A DNA stretch of 64,000 nt from an uncultured Phycisphaeraceae bacterium (GCA_964586145.1 CAZPHH010000003.1:2068-66067), one strand, 5' to 3'; positions 9,789-19,634 are shown, counted from the first letter of the stretch. Translations and numbers: made by a program. The notes: generated from the sequence alone by a model not told the origin.

Positions 9789-10555
9789 GCGCAAAACCGC
9801 CGCCAACGAGTGCGTCATTGTCCGATCTGCCGCTCGACCAGTTGATCGAGTATGGGCGATCGTTGGGCCTGACGCTGGCGGAGGAAACGCCGCAGGGAGA
9901 GGCCCTGCGGCGCGTTCGGGAGCGGCAGCAGTTGCTCGTGGAGCTGGACCGCGACGCCCTGCTGGACATCGTGGTGTGGTTGCGTCTGCCCGTCCGGCAG
10001 TCGGCCGGGAAGGAGACGCTCGCCAAGGAGATTGCCCGATGTGATCCCTCGGACTTTGACGGGCTCTCTCAACGTGGTCTGGAGGTGTTCGCGCGGTTGC
10101 ACGGACTGGTCATCCGACCGGGTGAACCGCGGGAGGGAATCGAGCGACGGCTCTGCGAGCGGGGCGGCCTGTGGGGTCGGGTGCGTCGCAAGCGTCGCAA
10201 GGTTATGGGTCGGCTGATCACGAGGGTGCTCGCCGGCGAGGATCACGGCGAGCCGGCCGAGTACCGGTTCCTGCCCGAAGACGGACCGCCCTCTCTGCAA
10301 CGGAACATCGAGCAGCAGGGCGTGGTGGGCGGCATAGCGCGAAAACTGCGCGGGGTGGCCGACGACTACGTCCGGGAAAAACTGGATGAGATCGAGCAGC
10401 GAATCGACCGCAAGCTGGACGAAATCGACGAGCGGCTGGCCGAGTGGCGTGACCGTGAAATCGCCAACCGCCTGCGGATCCTGCGCATTACCCTGGTCTT
10501 CTCGATCCTTGTGGCGTTGATCTGCCTGGTGTATGATTACCTGCGGTCTGGTTGA
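9785..10555 (+). CDS. hypothetical protein with helical N-terminal modules, a coiled-coil region and a C-terminal transmembrane helix
   Basis: The GTG start overlaps the upstream stop. There is a charged heptad-like region (KLDEIEQRIDRKLDEIDERLAEWRD) followed by LRITLVFSILVALICLVY. No family call. Confidence 0.55.
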   Translation: MSAKPPPTSASLSDLPLDQLIEYGRSLGLTLAEETPQGEALRRVRERQQLLVELDRDALLDIVVWLRLPVRQSAGKETLAKEIARCDPSDFDGLSQRGLEVFARLHGLVIRPGEPREGIERRLCERGGLWGRVRRKRRKVMGRLITRVLAGEDHGEPAEYRFLPEDGPPSLQRNIEQQGVVGGIARKLRGVADDYVREKLDEIEQRIDRKLDEIDERLAEWRDREIANRLRILRITLVFSILVALICLVYDYLRSG

Positions 10556-10614
10556 GACGGAATGCCGGTGCCCGCGGGCTTCGGCGAGGGCGGCTTGGAA
10601 CGGCGAACCATCCC

Positions 10615-11061
10615 ATGTATGAGAAGTTCAGCCCCAACGTCGAACGTGTGATCAAGCTCGCCGAGGAGATTGCCCGCGAGTACGACATGGAGTACGTGGG
10701 CACCGAACACGTGCTCCTGGCGATCCAGCGGGAAGGCACGAACATCGGAGCGCAAATTCTGACGCGGCACGGCATCACCGGCCAGACGCTCCGGAAGGAG
10801 ATCGACCGCCTGACGCAGAAGAGCATGGAGGATACCTGGGTGTTTGGTCGTCTCCCGGGTACTCCGCATTTCAAGAACGTGGTGGCGATCGCCATCGAGC
10901 AGGCGCGTCAACTGGAGTCGAAGGACGTGCGTTCGGAGCACCTGCTCCTGGCACTGTTGCGAGAATCCGGCAGCGTTGCGCACCAGGCGCTGCGAAACCT
11001 CGGGCTGTCCCACGAGGCGGCGGTCAAGGACGTGCTGGCGATCGAGGCCGAAAAGGGCTGA
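10615..11061 (+). CDS. stand-alone Clp N-terminal (Clp R) repeat domain protein
   Basis: Two Clp_N repeats are present: FSPNVERVIKLAEEIAREYDMEYVGTEHVLLAI and FKNVVAIAIEQARQLESKDVRSEHLLLALL. No AAA+ module follows. Confidence 0.75.
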   Translation: MYEKFSPNVERVIKLAEEIAREYDMEYVGTEHVLLAIQREGTNIGAQILTRHGITGQTLRKEIDRLTQKSMEDTWVFGRLPGTPHFKNVVAIAIEQARQLESKDVRSEHLLLALLRESGSVAHQALRNLGLSHEAAVKDVLAIEAEKG

Positions 11062-11410
11062 GCCCCCCGATCTCTCCCCGGGATCCCATGTGCCATCCAG
11101 TCGGTTTGCGCGTGTCTGCGCCACAGACGGATTCTCCCGTATCCCTTGCGCGATTCGGACACAGGCCGATCCGCCGGCGGTCGGGTGCGTCGCACAGAGA
11201 ATCCAGCGACACTTTCCAAACGCGTCGTCGGGGGGTTGGTTTGGAGTTGCCCTGCGAATGGGCTAGAATAACGATGGAGGCGGTGGCGGCGCTGTGATGG
11301 AAGCCAAGCCAGCCTTGGGTCGAGCACTCGACCGGACGCGACTTCGGTTACGCCCGCACGGGGCCGGCGCGTCTTGATGTTCCAGCCGTGTGAAAGCGAC
11401 GGAGGCGATC

Positions 11411-14335
11411 ATGAAGGACGGCTCTTGGTGCATGGAGGGGCGCGTCGCGGCGGTGGCGTTGTGCGCGCTGCTGGGGGTTTGCGGGCTTGCCGCGGCCGAC
11501 GCGGTCTGGGGCGAGCAGTTCACCCTGCTGCAGCCTGACGGGGTGCCGCTGGACGTCCGGATCTGGGGTGACGAGTACTACGGCGTGACCGAAACGCTGG
11601 ACGGGTATACGCTGGTACGCGATTCGCGGACCCTCTCCTTGTGTTATGCACGGCTCTCGGCTGACGGCAACGACCTGGTTTCGACGGGGGTTCGGCCGGA
11701 CGAGGGGGATGCCGCGGCGCTCGGGCTGACGCCGCACGTCCGCATCCGGCCGGAGGCGGCGGACGCGAAGGCCCGGGCGGCCCGGGTCCGTTTCGACCAG
11801 GAGGCCCAGGCGGCGATGGGGGGTCTGCGGGCGTCGAGGGGGCCGAGCACGGGCGCCGTGGCCGGGATCACGCTGATCGTGGAGTTTCCCGACGTGCCGG
11901 GCACGATCGCCCCGTCTGCGGTGTCCAGCTACTGCAACCAAGTGGGCTATACCGGATACGGCAACAACGGATCGGTGCGGGACTACTTCTATGACGTGTC
12001 GGAGGGGCTGCTGACCTATACGAATTTCGTGCCGTCGGCCTACTATACCGCCGCGCATCCGCGCAGCTACTACACGGATCCGTCCGTTTCGTACGGATGG
12101 CGGGCTCGCCAGTTGATCGTGGAGGCCCTGACGGCCCTGGACAACGCGGGGTTTGACTTCAGCCTGTATGACGCGGACGGGGACGGCGTGGTGGACGCCC
12201 TGAATTGCTTCTACGCGGGCCCGCGGGTGAACAACTGGGCGGAGGGGCTCTGGCCGCACGCATCCAGCGTGTATTTCGTTGCCGACGGCGTTCGCACCGG
12301 TCCGTACCAGATCACGGACATGGGGAACAGCCTGCGTCTGAGCACGTTCTGCCACGAGAACGGGCACATGCTGATGGGCTGGCCGGACCTGTACGACTAT
12401 GGACACGATTCGAGCGGCGTGGGTCGATTCTGCATCATGTGTTACGGCACGTCCGACACGAATCCGCAGGAGCCGTGCGCCTACCTGAAGTACATCGCGG
12501 GCTGGGCCAACGTGACCGTGCTGGACGAGCCGCAGGCGAACGTGTCCGTACCGGTGACGGGCAACACGATGTATCGGTTTTTGCACCCCACGAAGTACAA
12601 TGAGTACTACCTGATCGAGAACCGGCAGAAGTCGGGGCGGGACGCCGGGTTGCCCGGCCAGGGACTGGCCATCTGGCACATTGACACGCTGGGCAGCAAC
12701 AACAACCAGCAGATGACGCCCGAGTTGCACTACGAAGTGACGCTCGTGCAGGCGGACGGGCGGTGGGACCTGGAGAACGGCGCAAACTACGGCGACGCCA
12801 CCGACCTATGGGCGGCCCCCACGTACACGGAATGCACGCCCGAGACGTCTCCGAACACGAACTGGTGGGACGGTACGGCGTCGGGTCTGGTCGTGACCGG
12901 CATCAGTGCGTCCGGCCCCGTCATGACCTTCACCTTCGGTGACGGCGAGGACTGCAACGAGAACGGAGTTCCTGACTTCGTGGACATCGCCAACGGCACC
13001 AGCGCCGACTGCAACGGCAACCTTGTGCCGGACGAGTGCGACATCGCCGACGGCACGTCCGATGACTGCAACGGGAACGGCATTCCGGACGAGTGCGACA
13101 TCGCCGCCGGCACGTCCGACGACTGCAACGGAAACGACGTGCCGGACGAGTGCGACATTGCCCAGGGGCTCAGCTCTGACTGCGACGGGAACCTCGTGCC
13201 GGACGAGTGCCAGCCGGACTGCAACGACAGCGGGACCGCAGACGTGTGCGAAATTCTGGCCGGCCTGGTGACGGACGCCAACGGCAACGGCGTGCCGGAC
13301 GAGTGCGAGATTGCCCCGAAGTTCGAGGCGGGCTTCGCCACCGCCAACCACGTGCCCCAAACGGTTTCCCTGCAGAACACCTACACAAACCCCGTCGTGG
13401 TGTGTACGGGCCAGTACTTCTACAACGGCAAGCGAATGATCCCGCGGGTGAGCAACGTGACCGCCAACAGCTTCGACCTGCGTCTGGTGGATCCCACCAA
13501 TGCGTCGCAGACGTACTCCATCCAGGAGGTGGTGTGCTACTGGGTCATGGAACAGGGAGTCAGCGAGCTGAACGGCGTGAAGATGGAGGCGTGGACGTAC
13601 ACGTCGACGGTCACGGACGGCAACGGCGACTGGACGGGCGAGGTGCGCCGGTACGGGCGGCAGTACGACAACCCGGTGGTGCTCGGCCAGGTGATGAGCG
13701 CGAACGACGCCTGGTCGGTGTTCTGGACGCGGGGCTCATGGAAGACGAGGACGCCGTCGCCCACGGCGTTGCGGACGGGCAAACACGCGGGCAACTCGGG
13801 TCTGGACCGGGCGGATGAGACGATCGGCGTGATCGTGTTCGAGAGCGTCACGGGAACCGGCCTGGGCGGCGTTCCGTTCGAGGCCGCCGTGGGGCCGGCC
13901 ACCGTGCGGGGTCTCCTGCACGGCACGCCGCCGCACACCGCCTGTGCCCTGCAGACGCCGATGGCGGCGCCGCAGTTCGTGGCGGTGGCCTCGCCCGCGG
14001 GAATGCAGGGGAGCACGGGGTTCTGGGCCCAGCGGCACGGCCAGGCGGGCTCCGGCGGTTCGACGTATCTGCTATGGTCGCTGGATGACGATCTGGACCG
14101 CACGCATCTGACCGGCGAGCACGTGGCCTACGCCGTGCTGCAAAGCGCGATGGTCTGGCCCCGGGTGCCCGACTTTGACGCGGACGGCGACGTGGACCTG
14201 AAGGATTTCGGCGTCTTCCAGGCGTGCTACGGTCAGGCGGCGGCCGGCATCTGCCTGAACGCGGACCTGACCGGCGACGGCCTGATCGACGCGAATGACG
14301 TGCCGCACTTCCTCAACCAGGTGCAGGGGCCGTAG
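11411..14335 (+). CDS. secreted M6 (immune inhibitor A-like) zinc metalloprotease with Cys-rich repeats and a dockerin-like C-terminus
   Basis: GGAGG sits 5 nt upstream of the ATG at 11411. There is a signal peptide and a zinc site FCHENGHMLMGWPDLYDY. Five 19-aa DCNGNxxPDECDIA modules follow. The C-terminus has EF-hand/dockerin-like DFDADGDVDLKD and DLTGDGLIDAND. Confidence 0.85.
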   Translation: MKDGSWCMEGRVAAVALCALLGVCGLAAADAVWGEQFTLLQPDGVPLDVRIWGDEYYGVTETLDGYTLVRDSRTLSLCYARLSADGNDLVSTGVRPDEGDAAALGLTPHVRIRPEAADAKARAARVRFDQEAQAAMGGLRASRGPSTGAVAGITLIVEFPDVPGTIAPSAVSSYCNQVGYTGYGNNGSVRDYFYDVSEGLLTYTNFVPSAYYTAAHPRSYYTDPSVSYGWRARQLIVEALTALDNAGFDFSLYDADGDGVVDALNCFYAGPRVNNWAEGLWPHASSVYFVADGVRTGPYQITDMGNSLRLSTFCHENGHMLMGWPDLYDYGHDSSGVGRFCIMCYGTSDTNPQEPCAYLKYIAGWANVTVLDEPQANVSVPVTGNTMYRFLHPTKYNEYYLIENRQKSGRDAGLPGQGLAIWHIDTLGSNNNQQMTPELHYEVTLVQADGRWDLENGANYGDATDLWAAPTYTECTPETSPNTNWWDGTASGLVVTGISASGPVMTFTFGDGEDCNENGVPDFVDIANGTSADCNGNLVPDECDIADGTSDDCNGNGIPDECDIAAGTSDDCNGNDVPDECDIAQGLSSDCDGNLVPDECQPDCNDSGTADVCEILAGLVTDANGNGVPDECEIAPKFEAGFATANHVPQTVSLQNTYTNPVVVCTGQYFYNGKRMIPRVSNVTANSFDLRLVDPTNASQTYSIQEVVCYWVMEQGVSELNGVKMEAWTYTSTVTDGNGDWTGEVRRYGRQYDNPVVLGQVMSANDAWSVFWTRGSWKTRTPSPTALRTGKHAGNSGLDRADETIGVIVFESVTGTGLGGVPFEAAVGPATVRGLLHGTPPHTACALQTPMAAPQFVAVASPAGMQGSTGFWAQRHGQAGSGGSTYLLWSLDDDLDRTHLTGEHVAYAVLQSAMVWPRVPDFDADGDVDLKDFGVFQACYGQAAAGICLNADLTGDGLIDANDVPHFLNQVQGP
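12950..13318 (+). repeat. in-frame 57-bp tandem coding repeats (DCNGNxxPDECDIAxGTSx modules)
   Basis: Direct reading shows gactgcaacggNaac...ccggacgagtgcgacatcgcc recurring with a 57-bp period inside the M6 protease gene. Confidence 0.8.
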
Positions 14336-15683
14336 GCGAACCGGTCGGCCGGATGAGTCCGGGCTCGATCCAGTCAAAGCGGTCCTGGATGGTGCCGTTG
14401 GCGCCGAAGCCGACGCGGAGCTCCAGCATTTCTGCGCCCTTCAGGTCAATTCGGACCGGGCCGTGCAGGTGTCCGGGGGTCACTCTCTTCTGCTCGAACC
14501 GGATATGGCCGTCCACACGGATCTCTACGTCCACGTTGGCATACGGTCCGCTGTCGTCATCCATTCCGAAGTGGGTGACGAATGAGTCGTATTGCCGGTC
14601 CAGCGCGTATCGAAGCGTGGATTCGCTGTGTACGCCGAGGCCGCGTTCGAACGTGCGACCCGCCACCCGCAGCGGGTTGCCGAGCACGTTGCGATCGGCC
14701 TGCCAAGGCCACGCCAGGCTGAGCATGGGAGTGTGAACGTACTCGGACGGGCCCCGTCGCGAGAGCCAGGTCCAGCGCCCCCCATGGATTTCGATCCGGC
14801 GAACCTGATCGAACGGGACGGCCGTACGGCTGTCCCAGGGCGACACGTCCAGCGTGTCGCGGGTATCGGATGCCCCCGGCCATTGCGCCGCCCCCACCGT
14901 CAGGCGCGTTTCGTCCAGCAGGGTCAGACGAGCGGAAAGCCCGCGATCCGGTGATACGGTGTCAGGCACAAGGACGGCGACCGCGACGCGGTCCAGCGGG
15001 ATTCGTGTCTGCCCGCCGGGTGTTTCCAGGACGACGCCCTCGGCGTCGATGGCGGCGATCAGGCCCGTGGCCGTATCGCCGTTGTTCAGCAGCACAAGGT
15101 CGTCTTGACGGCGAGTGTCCAGAAGGCTGTTGGCGGCGGCTCGCGCGGGCCCTTCCGCCCGCCGTGCGGATAGTCGCGTAATGGCGCCCAATGGTATATG
15201 CACGGGTCCCAGCGCAGGCGTCTCGACCTGCACACGGTCATTCTCGAATGCGAGCACTCGGCCGCTCAACCGGTCTCCGTTGGCCAGCTCAAACGCCAGG
15301 CCCTGCTCGGCGAGGGGTGCCGGTGGTCCGGCGATCGTGATCTGTACGACGTCTTGCGATGGGATGAGGCGGATCTCGGCGCCGGCCTTCGGGCGGAAGC
15401 GGACGCCGCGATCCAGCGAGAACGCGACGAGGTCGCCGTCCCGGGCGTCTTCACCAACTGTCTGAAGCGTGACGGGGACAGGTTGGATGTTTTCCGCGCA
15501 AACCACGGCCGCAAACGAGACAAGCGGCGCCGTCATTCGCAGGAGAATGCTCAGAGTTAACGCGACGGGCGCGCCGTCCGACAGCGTCCGATGTATGCGA
15601 TGGGGTTGTCTGCCACTCAATCGCAGGCCTCCTGAATTTTCTTGCCCCGCTGGTCCTATCCTTCCGAGGCTGGGTGCCGGCAT
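14313..15683 (-). CDS. secreted NPCBM-domain (carbohydrate-binding) protein
   Basis: The C-terminal segment is typical of NPCBM modules (GNPLRVAGRTFERGLGVHSESTLRYALDRQYDSFVTHFGMDDD...VDVEIRVDG). The start is uncertain: ATG 15683, TTG 15620 or ATG 15536, all upstream of or within a hydrophobic leader. The 3' end overlaps the convergent M6 protease gene by 23 bp. Confidence 0.7.
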   Translation of the reverse strand: MPAPSLGRIGPAGQENSGGLRLSGRQPHRIHRTLSDGAPVALTLSILLRMTAPLVSFAAVVCAENIQPVPVTLQTVGEDARDGDLVAFSLDRGVRFRPKAGAEIRLIPSQDVVQITIAGPPAPLAEQGLAFELANGDRLSGRVLAFENDRVQVETPALGPVHIPLGAITRLSARRAEGPARAAANSLLDTRRQDDLVLLNNGDTATGLIAAIDAEGVVLETPGGQTRIPLDRVAVAVLVPDTVSPDRGLSARLTLLDETRLTVGAAQWPGASDTRDTLDVSPWDSRTAVPFDQVRRIEIHGGRWTWLSRRGPSEYVHTPMLSLAWPWQADRNVLGNPLRVAGRTFERGLGVHSESTLRYALDRQYDSFVTHFGMDDDSGPYANVDVEIRVDGHIRFEQKRVTPGHLHGPVRIDLKGAEMLELRVGFGANGTIQDRFDWIEPGLIRPTGSPTAPAPG

Positions 15684-15778
15684 CGTCGTGGCGTGCCAGG
15701 ATACATGGGAGGGTTGGCGCGGCCAATACGACCGCGACAGCGATCCGCTATTCGCGTTGGCGGGCGATTGGCATCGGA

Positions 15779-16516
15779 TCACCGGGTCGTTGGGCGGGCT
15801 CGCGCTGTCTTTCCGCGACTGCCCAGCAGGAAGCCGCAAACGAGAAGCAGAAGGGATGTCGGCTCCGGGATCGCGTAGATCGCCTTGCTGCTGATCGTCT
15901 CGTCGAACCCGGTACCGGTGGTGCCGCTGGGCAGCGCATCCGGCAGCGGCATAGGCAAATCCCCACCGTCGGCCAGTCCGATCCCGTACCCATCGTTTTC
16001 GTTGCCAACCGGCGAGCCGTAATACACGTGGGTCGTCGCGGTGGCGGTCTGGATTGTCAGGCCGATGTAGTCGATCGCGAAGGCCGCATCGACGGTGTCG
16101 GTGAGCAACCCGTGCAAACCGATCCGGCCGCCGGACAGAGCAGGGTAGAAGTGCAAGGGAATGTTGACCATCAGGACGGCTGTTTCCAGCACACCCATGT
16201 CGAGCTGTGGTTCCGCCGGCCAGGCGCTCGTGCCGAACAAATCATCCGACAAGTCGAGTTCGCTCAGCCCGCTGCCGGCTCTGCAGTCGACCAGCCGCAT
16301 GAAGTTCATCTCCACGGTGGTCACCGTCCGGTGGGCGTTCATGGCCGCGAGGTCAATTTCAAAGACCGCCGACGTGATGGGTTCCGCCAGCGGGTCATAG
16401 ACGAAGGCAATGTCGCCGTGGGCGGGGGCGACTGGCGACAGGCAGATCATCACGCCGAAGGCGGCCACCGCCGTGCGGCCCACTCGCGCCCGTTGAATAG
16501 GTTTCTGAAGCCGCAT
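15779..16516 (-). CDS. PEP-CTERM sorting domain-containing secreted protein
   Basis: The ATG at 16516 is preceded by GAGGAGG. There is a signal peptide. The C-terminus IPEPTSLLLLVCGFLLGSRGK places the PEP codons at 15860-15868, followed by a TM helix and a basic tail. Confidence 0.75.
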   Translation of the reverse strand: MRLQKPIQRARVGRTAVAAFGVMICLSPVAPAHGDIAFVYDPLAEPITSAVFEIDLAAMNAHRTVTTVEMNFMRLVDCRAGSGLSELDLSDDLFGTSAWPAEPQLDMGVLETAVLMVNIPLHFYPALSGGRIGLHGLLTDTVDAAFAIDYIGLTIQTATATTHVYYGSPVGNENDGYGIGLADGGDLPMPLPDALPSGTTGTGFDETISSKAIYAIPEPTSLLLLVCGFLLGSRGKTARARPTTR

Positions 16517-16529
16517 CGCTGATTCCTCC

Positions 16530-17687
16530 TCACTTGTTCTCGTTACGAAGCCCATCATCGTTGCGGGCCAGATCCCGCGTAATCGCGATGAACTCAGATT
16601 GCCGGGGCTCGGGTGCGGACCCGGCGGGAACGATTTGAAACACGTAGTATGTCGGCGGCGGCGGGATGTAAGGCTCGCCACTCATCAGAGTCGCTTGAAC
16701 GGTTGCCTCGATGATGGCAAGGCCTGGTTCGTCTGCCGAAAACATGGCCCATGCGCGGCCGTTGAGGTCGGTCCACGCATGGGTGATGACGCCGTTCGGT
16801 GTGATCACGCCGCTCGTGAAAGTGGAATTGCCAAACACCTTTCTGAATTCAACAAGTTCCGCGGACACCGGACGCAGATTCTGGAGGGCGACCGCCTCGA
16901 CCTTGCCCACGTTGCCGACGGGAATGGTGTTCGGGAGTGTGCCAACCATGTGAAACGAATCGACCGTGCCGTCCGTGCCGGGGAGCAGGTTGCAGAGATA
17001 CACGCGCAGTCCTTCTTCTGTCTCCTCGATACACAGGCGCATGGAGTCGTATTGCCAGTCGTCCGGCCAGCCGAGCAGGTCAAAGGCGTGACACTCCCAC
17101 GGGTTTTGCGTCCACACTTCGATGCGTGGTGTGATCGGCCCAACAACGCATTCGGAGGTGGCCATGCCCGCGGCGAGCGGCGCCCACGTGAGATTCGCAA
17201 ACACCATGGCGCGGGCCCCGGTTTCGTAGAGCGGATCATCCGGATACCAGATTTGCACGAGAATGTCAGAACCGCTCACGACATTCAATTGATGTTCAAA
17301 GACCGGGCCATCAATGCGCGAAAAGTCGAAGACGGTGTGGATGATGCTGGAATCCGGCTCGATGTAATTGAGGTCGAGTTCGTACTCGGCGATGTGGAAG
17401 CCGGCATCAAAGAAGTCGGTACCTGAGTAGCCGATACACGACCCCGGGCCCATCACAGCCTGGTTGAAAACAAGACCTCCTGCCGGATCGAAGAATATCA
17501 CCTCGCCTTCACCCGGCGGATCCCAGGTGCCGGGATACGGGTCAAACCCGCAGCAGTAGAACGGATCGATGATTCTGTGCCAGCCTGGGTTCGACGGGAC
17601 GTCGTCGGCAAGTGTGCGTGGACCGGTCAAGGCGATCACGAAACAGGTCAATACAACAAGCCCTGTCATACGCATGCTTGATTGCAT
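16530..17687 (-). CDS. secreted hypothetical protein
   Basis: The ATG at 17687 is preceded by AGGAGG with a 7-nt spacer. The signal peptide reads MQSSMRMTGLVVLTCFVIALTGPRTLA. No family motif recognised. Confidence 0.65.
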   Translation of the reverse strand: MQSSMRMTGLVVLTCFVIALTGPRTLADDVPSNPGWHRIIDPFYCCGFDPYPGTWDPPGEGEVIFFDPAGGLVFNQAVMGPGSCIGYSGTDFFDAGFHIAEYELDLNYIEPDSSIIHTVFDFSRIDGPVFEHQLNVVSGSDILVQIWYPDDPLYETGARAMVFANLTWAPLAAGMATSECVVGPITPRIEVWTQNPWECHAFDLLGWPDDWQYDSMRLCIEETEEGLRVYLCNLLPGTDGTVDSFHMVGTLPNTIPVGNVGKVEAVALQNLRPVSAELVEFRKVFGNSTFTSGVITPNGVITHAWTDLNGRAWAMFSADEPGLAIIEATVQATLMSGEPYIPPPPTYYVFQIVPAGSAPEPRQSEFIAITRDLARNDDGLRNENK

Positions 17688-18032
17688 GGCAAAACCTCCT
17701 TCCCGACTTCGATCTAATCTCTCTCTGTTCCCTCGGTGCGAGATGTGAAACCCTGGTCCGAGGTTCCCCGGATGCCCCTGGCCGGCTCTGCCAAAGCGGC
17801 CTGTCCGACTATCGTACAGCGCGCCGCGGCCTGTAACAACTCTGTTGTCGAGTTTTCCGCGGTTTTGCAGACCGAAACAATCATAGGTTCGCATGTTGCG
17901 GCGATTGCGTTCTCCGAATCCCTCCGGGGTGAGGCCATTGGTCGCCTGTTTCACGAGCGGAATCGTCTCCCCAGCGTGAGACGCAATGTGTTTCACCAAC
18001 GAAACCGGAGACGACACAAGTTCCCGTTTTGG

Positions 18033-19067
18033 CTACCGCTGGAAGATCGGCAGCAGCCGGTTTGGCATCTGGAGAATGATCAGGGCCATGGCCGTTCCGT
18101 ATTCCTTGCCGGCCTCGTCCTGCCAGGAGCCGTCGTCGTTCTGCCGGGCCAGCAGTTCGTCGCGGATGGCCGGCCACCAGGTCCGCCAGTAGGCGTCGCC
18201 CGCCAGGAACATCGCCTGGGCGGTGTAGTAATGGCCGTAGATGTAGTGGGTCTCCGGCCCCTGCTGTGGCGGCAGATGCTTCATCAGGTAGGCCAGTCCG
18301 CGTTCGATCTCGGGCCCGGAGTAGATGCCGGCATACTGGAGGGCCGCGACGCCCGCCCCGCTGCGGGGGAAGGCGGAGCCGCTCATGTTGATCATGTAGC
18401 GGAAGCCGCCGTCGGTTTCCTGGCAGTTCTTCACGTATTGCACGGCCCGGTCGATGGTGTCCTTCTCGACGAAGATGCCGGCGTTGCGAGCGGCCCGCAG
18501 GGCCATGATCTGGCAGATGGTGACGGAGATGTCCGCGTCTTTTCGCACGGGTTGGTATCGCCAGCCGCCCTCATCGTTCTGCGTGGCCACGATGAGTCGC
18601 ACGGCCCGCCGCAGGGTCTCGTGTACCTGCGGATCGCGGCTGGAGCCGTACACCTCCGCCAGAAAGAGCGTGGCGAAGCCGTGCCCGTACATCGGCCCGT
18701 GGGAGGTCTGGGCCGCCAGAACGCCGGTCTCGGATCGGTTGGCGAGAATGAACCGGACGCATCGCTCGACGGCGGGCCCGTAGCGTCCGCGGCCGGGCAG
18801 GTGGCCGTCGCTCATGAAGGCCATGCCCGCCATGCCCGTGATGCCGACGTGCGGGCCGTAGTTCGAATCGTTGCCGAACGCCCCGTCTGCGTTCTGCTGC
18901 GCGGCGAGCCAGGCCAGGCCCTTGGCCGTCGCGGCCTCCAGGGCCGGCGTGACCTCATCCGGCGTGGCGGCGGGCAGTGCGGGGGCGGCTTCCTGAGCGA
19001 GCAGGAAGCCGGCGTGGATCACGGCGATTGCGGCAACAACCGCGAACACCCGTCGGCCCGACATCAT
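18033..19067 (-). CDS. prenyltransferase/squalene-oxidase repeat (terpene cyclase-like alpha/alpha toroid) protein, secreted
   Basis: There is a signal peptide and repeated QxxDGGW/F-type motifs (QQNADGAFG, QNDEGGWRY, QETDGGFRY, QNDDGSWQD). The start overlaps the upstream stop (ATGA at 19064-19067). Confidence 0.75.
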   Translation of the reverse strand: MMSGRRVFAVVAAIAVIHAGFLLAQEAAPALPAATPDEVTPALEAATAKGLAWLAAQQNADGAFGNDSNYGPHVGITGMAGMAFMSDGHLPGRGRYGPAVERCVRFILANRSETGVLAAQTSHGPMYGHGFATLFLAEVYGSSRDPQVHETLRRAVRLIVATQNDEGGWRYQPVRKDADISVTICQIMALRAARNAGIFVEKDTIDRAVQYVKNCQETDGGFRYMINMSGSAFPRSGAGVAALQYAGIYSGPEIERGLAYLMKHLPPQQGPETHYIYGHYYTAQAMFLAGDAYWRTWWPAIRDELLARQNDDGSWQDEAGKEYGTAMALIILQMPNRLLPIFQR

Positions 19068-19633
19068 TCCGTCTCCTCTTCCGCCAGGGCGCGGTAATAC
19101 TGGTTGATCTGTTCGCGGTACTTCTCGAGCACGGCCTCACGCACGCCCTGGATGATCTCGTCGCGCTCGCGCGGCGGCAAGTGGCCCCAGCCGCGCCGGG
19201 ACTCGCGGAATTCGCCCGACGGCGTGGTCAGACCGGTGCCGTCGCTCTGTACGGACCCTGGCTGGCCCGGGACGTCGCCGGCGGGCGTGGGGGGGCCGTC
19301 GGCCGTCTTGTCCGGTTGCCCGGGCTGTTGGCGTTCCCGTCGTTCTCCCGGTTGCGGTTGCCCCGAGGCGCCGGCGGTGCCCTTTGCGCCGGCCATCGCT
19401 GCCGCAATGAGATCGTCCAATGCGGCCACGATCTGCTGTTGGACGGCCTGCGTTTCCGGGCCGGGGTCGAGCTTGACGGAAAGCTGTTGGCGGCTCTGCT
19501 CCATGAGGGTCAGCGTTCGCGCCAGGGCCTCGCCTGCGGAGGGCTGTGTTGTCGGGGGTTGTGTTTCGGATGCGCCGGCCGGCAGCACAGTCGCGAGCAG
19601 CACGATGGCGCCGATGCGCGTGGGATTCACCAT
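19064..19633 (-). CDS. hypothetical secreted protein (Pro/Gln/Gly-rich middle region)
   Basis: There is a signal peptide (IGAIVLLATVLPAGA). The gene is tightly packed between the operon neighbours, with a 1-nt gap upstream and a 4-nt overlap downstream. Confidence 0.6.
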   Translation of the reverse strand: MVNPTRIGAIVLLATVLPAGASETQPPTTQPSAGEALARTLTLMEQSRQQLSVKLDPGPETQAVQQQIVAALDDLIAAAMAGAKGTAGASGQPQPGERRERQQPGQPDKTADGPPTPAGDVPGQPGSVQSDGTGLTTPSGEFRESRRGWGHLPPRERDEIIQGVREAVLEKYREQINQYYRALAEEETE

Positions 19634-19634
19634 G

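Noticed and set aside
14313-14335. A 23-bp overlap between the convergent 3' ends of the M6 protease and NPCBM genes.
   Set aside because: Short convergent overlaps are common in compact genomes. No hairpin or other signal is visible, so it is not interesting by itself.
17688-18032. A 345-bp intergenic leader upstream of the secreted protein gene, examined as a possible riboswitch or ncRNA.
   Set aside because: I could recognise no known riboswitch core (TPP, SAM, cobalamin, c-di-GMP, glycine and others) and found no convincing long-range pairing by eye. A covariance-model scan is needed before any claim.
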